Assembly: GCA_020632665.1 (NCBI GenBank)
Contig: JACKFC010000015.1
Coordinates: forward strand, 21,734 to 85,733
Length of the DNA: 64,000 bases
DNA from: Deltaproteobacteria bacterium
GTDB lineage: Bacteria; Myxococcota_A; UBA9042
Direction of reading: 5' to 3'
Every line of letters starts with the position of its first letter. Position 1 is the stretch's first letter. Under the pieces are notes generated by a model. The model was not told where the DNA came from and searched no databases. It saw only the letters and a list, made by a program, of their open reading frames with translations. This document shows positions 62,191 through 64,000 of this stretch, one piece after another. A program made the translations under genes and the position numbers.

Positions 62191-64000
62191 CGCCCTGCAC
62201 CTCGTCGAAGAAATCCGCCTCGGCGACGATCTTCAGCGTGCCGTTGGCCTCCGCCAGCTTGCGCGCCTTCTTCAGCTTCGACGACGGCGGGTCCGCGGTG
62301 AGCTCGTCGCCCCCGACGACGAGCAGCGTCGTCTCGGCGGTGACCGAGCTGCCGGCGACGCCCCCCATCCGGGTGACCAATTGCTGCGCGTCGCGGCGGC
62401 CCATGCGCTCCAGCTTACCGGTGAAGACGACGACTTCGCCGGCGAGCGCTCCCCCGGTCGCGGCGGCGGGCGCGTCGCGCACGATCTCGACATGGTGCAG
62501 CAAGCGATCGATCAGCGGCCCAGCGTCCTGCAGCCCATCGGCGATGCGCTCGGCGGTGAGCTCGCCGAGCGAGTGGATCGCGGCGAGCTCTTCGCGTGGC
62601 AGGGCGCGCAGCTCGGCGAGGGTGTAGCGCGAGGCGAGGAGTTGCGCCGCGTGGCGGCCCAGCGTCTCGATGCCGAGCGCGACGAGGAAGGTCGGTAGCG
62701 GCACCTGCCGCCGCGCCGCCACCTGGGCGACCAGCTTGTTCGCAGATGTCTCGGCCATCCGTGGCAGCACGAGGAGCGCCTCGGGACGCAGGCGATAGAG
62801 GTCGGCGGCGTCGTGGAGCAGCCCCGCGGCGAGCAGCGCGTCGAGGATCTTCGGCCCGAAACCGTCGATCTCGAGCGCCGCTGTATAGTGGAAGAGCTGC
62901 GCACGGAGCACCGGCGGGCAATCGCCCGGCGCGCTGCAATGCAGCGTTCGGGTCTCGACGTCCTCACCAGCGACGCGTCGCATGCTGCTGCGCACCTCGG
63001 TCGCGGCGCCGCAACCGGGACAGGCTGCCGGCGGCACGATCTCGGCGTCGCCGCCGCCGCGAGAGCCCTCGACGTGGGGGATCACGCCGCCGCGACGGGT
63101 CAGCAGCAGCGTGTCGCCGATTCGCAGCGTGAGTCGCTCGACGTTGGAGAGGTTGTGCAGCGTGGCGCGGCTGATCGTGGCGCCGGAGAGCGCGACCGGC
63201 TCGACCAGCGCGACCGGCGTGATCGTGCCGGTGCGGGAGACGCTCCACTCCACGCCGACCAACCTGCTCTCGCCAGAGTCGCCCTGGAACTTCCACGCGA
63301 TCGCAAAGCGCGGATGGTGCCCGGTGACGCCGAGCCGGCGCTGCGTCGCGACGTCGTCGATCTTGAAGACGACGCCGTCGGTCTCGTAGTCGAGCGCGGC
63401 GCGGCGTTGCTCCCAATGCGTGAAGACGGCCTCGCTCGCGCCGGCGGAGCAGGTCTGGCTCGGTGCCGGCGTGAAGCCCAGCGCGTGCAGTCGCTCGGTC
63501 TTCTCGGCCTCGGAGGCGACTTCGACACCGAGCAAATCATAGGCGAAGAAGCGCAGCGATTCGGGCGGGACGCCGCCGCTCTCCTTCGCCTTCAGCGCGC
63601 CGGCGGCGACGTTGCGTGGGTTGGCAAAGAGCTCGGCCACCTCGGCGAAAGCGGAGAGCGGCATGTAGACCTCGCCGCGGACCTCGATCGGCGCGTCGCC
63701 GAGCAGCTCGGTGGGCAGCTGGGCAGGGACGCCGGGGATCCGCCGCACGTTGCGGCCGATGTCTTCACCGCGCCGTCCGTCGCCACGGGTCGCGGCCAGC
63801 TCGAAGCGGCCGGTGCCGTCGTAGCGAATCGAGACGGCGGCGCCGTCGATCTTCGGGCTCGCACGCAGCACGAGCGTTCCGTCCTTCGCCCACTCCATCA
63901 GCTCGGTGAAGCCGTAACATTTGTCGAGCGAGAGCATCGGCGCGCGGTGCTCGATCCGCTCACCGTCCGCGGTCCCGTCGCCGCCGCCGATGGCAGCCAG
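62180..64000 (-). CDS. ligA: NAD-dependent DNA ligase LigA (5' end beyond the window)
   Basis: The frame stays open upstream of the track's Met to position 64000 (..IEHRAPMLSLDKCY). KIDG adenylation site, CPGCG zinc finger, HhH region, C-terminal BRCT (VVFTGKL...). Confidence 0.9.
   Translation of the reverse strand: MAAIGGGDGTADGERIEHRAPMLSLDKCYGFTELMEWAKDGTLVLRASPKIDGAAVSIRYDGTGRFELAATRGDGRRGEDIGRNVRRIPGVPAQLPTELLGDAPIEVRGEVYMPLSAFAEVAELFANPRNVAAGALKAKESGGVPPESLRFFAYDLLGVEVASEAEKTERLHALGFTPAPSQTCSAGASEAVFTHWEQRRAALDYETDGVVFKIDDVATQRRLGVTGHHPRFAIAWKFQGDSGESRLVGVEWSVSRTGTITPVALVEPVALSGATISRATLHNLSNVERLTLRIGDTLLLTRRGGVIPHVEGSRGGGDAEIVPPAACPGCGAATEVRSSMRRVAGEDVETRTLHCSAPGDCPPVLRAQLFHYTAALEIDGFGPKILDALLAAGLLHDAADLYRLRPEALLVLPRMAETSANKLVAQVAARRQVPLPTFLVALGIETLGRHAAQLLASRYTLAELRALPREELAAIHSLGELTAERIADGLQDAGPLIDRLLHHVEIVRDAPAAATGGALAGEVVVFTGKLERMGRRDAQQLVTRMGGVAGSSVTAETTLLVVGGDELTADPPSSKLKKARKLAEANGTLKIVAEADFFDEVQGDAS

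Overview
High-GC (roughly 70%) bacterial chromosome segment. The gene content looks like Myxococcota: MopE-type Cys-rich repeat lipoproteins, a eukaryotic-like Ser/Thr kinase, an FHA-GAF-cyclase, a mevalonate operon, and integration into tRNA-Asp as in phage Mx8. All family calls come from motifs read by eye, since no searches were possible. Because of the GC content, almost every region is open in several frames. I chose frames using GC3, Shine-Dalgarno sites, start/stop coupling (ATGA/GTGA/TGATG) and recognisable motifs, and most long track ORFs are antisense or off-frame artefacts. The window has four blocks. (1) 1-7638 (minus strand) is the promoter-proximal part of a contractile-injection-system (eCIS / phage-tail-like) operon: DUF4255 cap, two sheath paralogs, a chaperone-like pair, a tube protein with a long N-terminal extension, and a >=817-aa Ala-rich ORF that runs off the window and is missing from the ORF track. 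A 997-aa MopE-repeat lipoprotein gene lies directly upstream (7731-10724). (2) 10.8-13.9 kb holds apt, surE and a Ser/Thr kinase. (3) 14006-29710 is a 15.7-kb integrated element in tRNA-Asp, bounded by a 26-bp direct repeat. It carries a tyrosine integrase whose ORF crosses attR, a Zot-like P-loop ATPase, a 373-aa candidate capsid protein, a run of small membrane proteins, a C-terminally anchored GH25 muramidase, a lone RelE/ParE toxin, and two dense CGCATC iteron arrays. It has no terminase, portal or tail genes. I think this is the most interesting object in the window: a candidate tail-less, membrane-containing (or otherwise non-caudoviral) temperate virus of a myxobacterium. (4) 29.7-64 kb is core chromosome: tRNA-Asp/Val, moeA, ndk, sucCD, a mevalonate operon plus polyprenyl synthase, rpsT, rimO, an M1 peptidase, an ECF sigma/anti-sigma pair, ligA (partial) and several lipoproteins.
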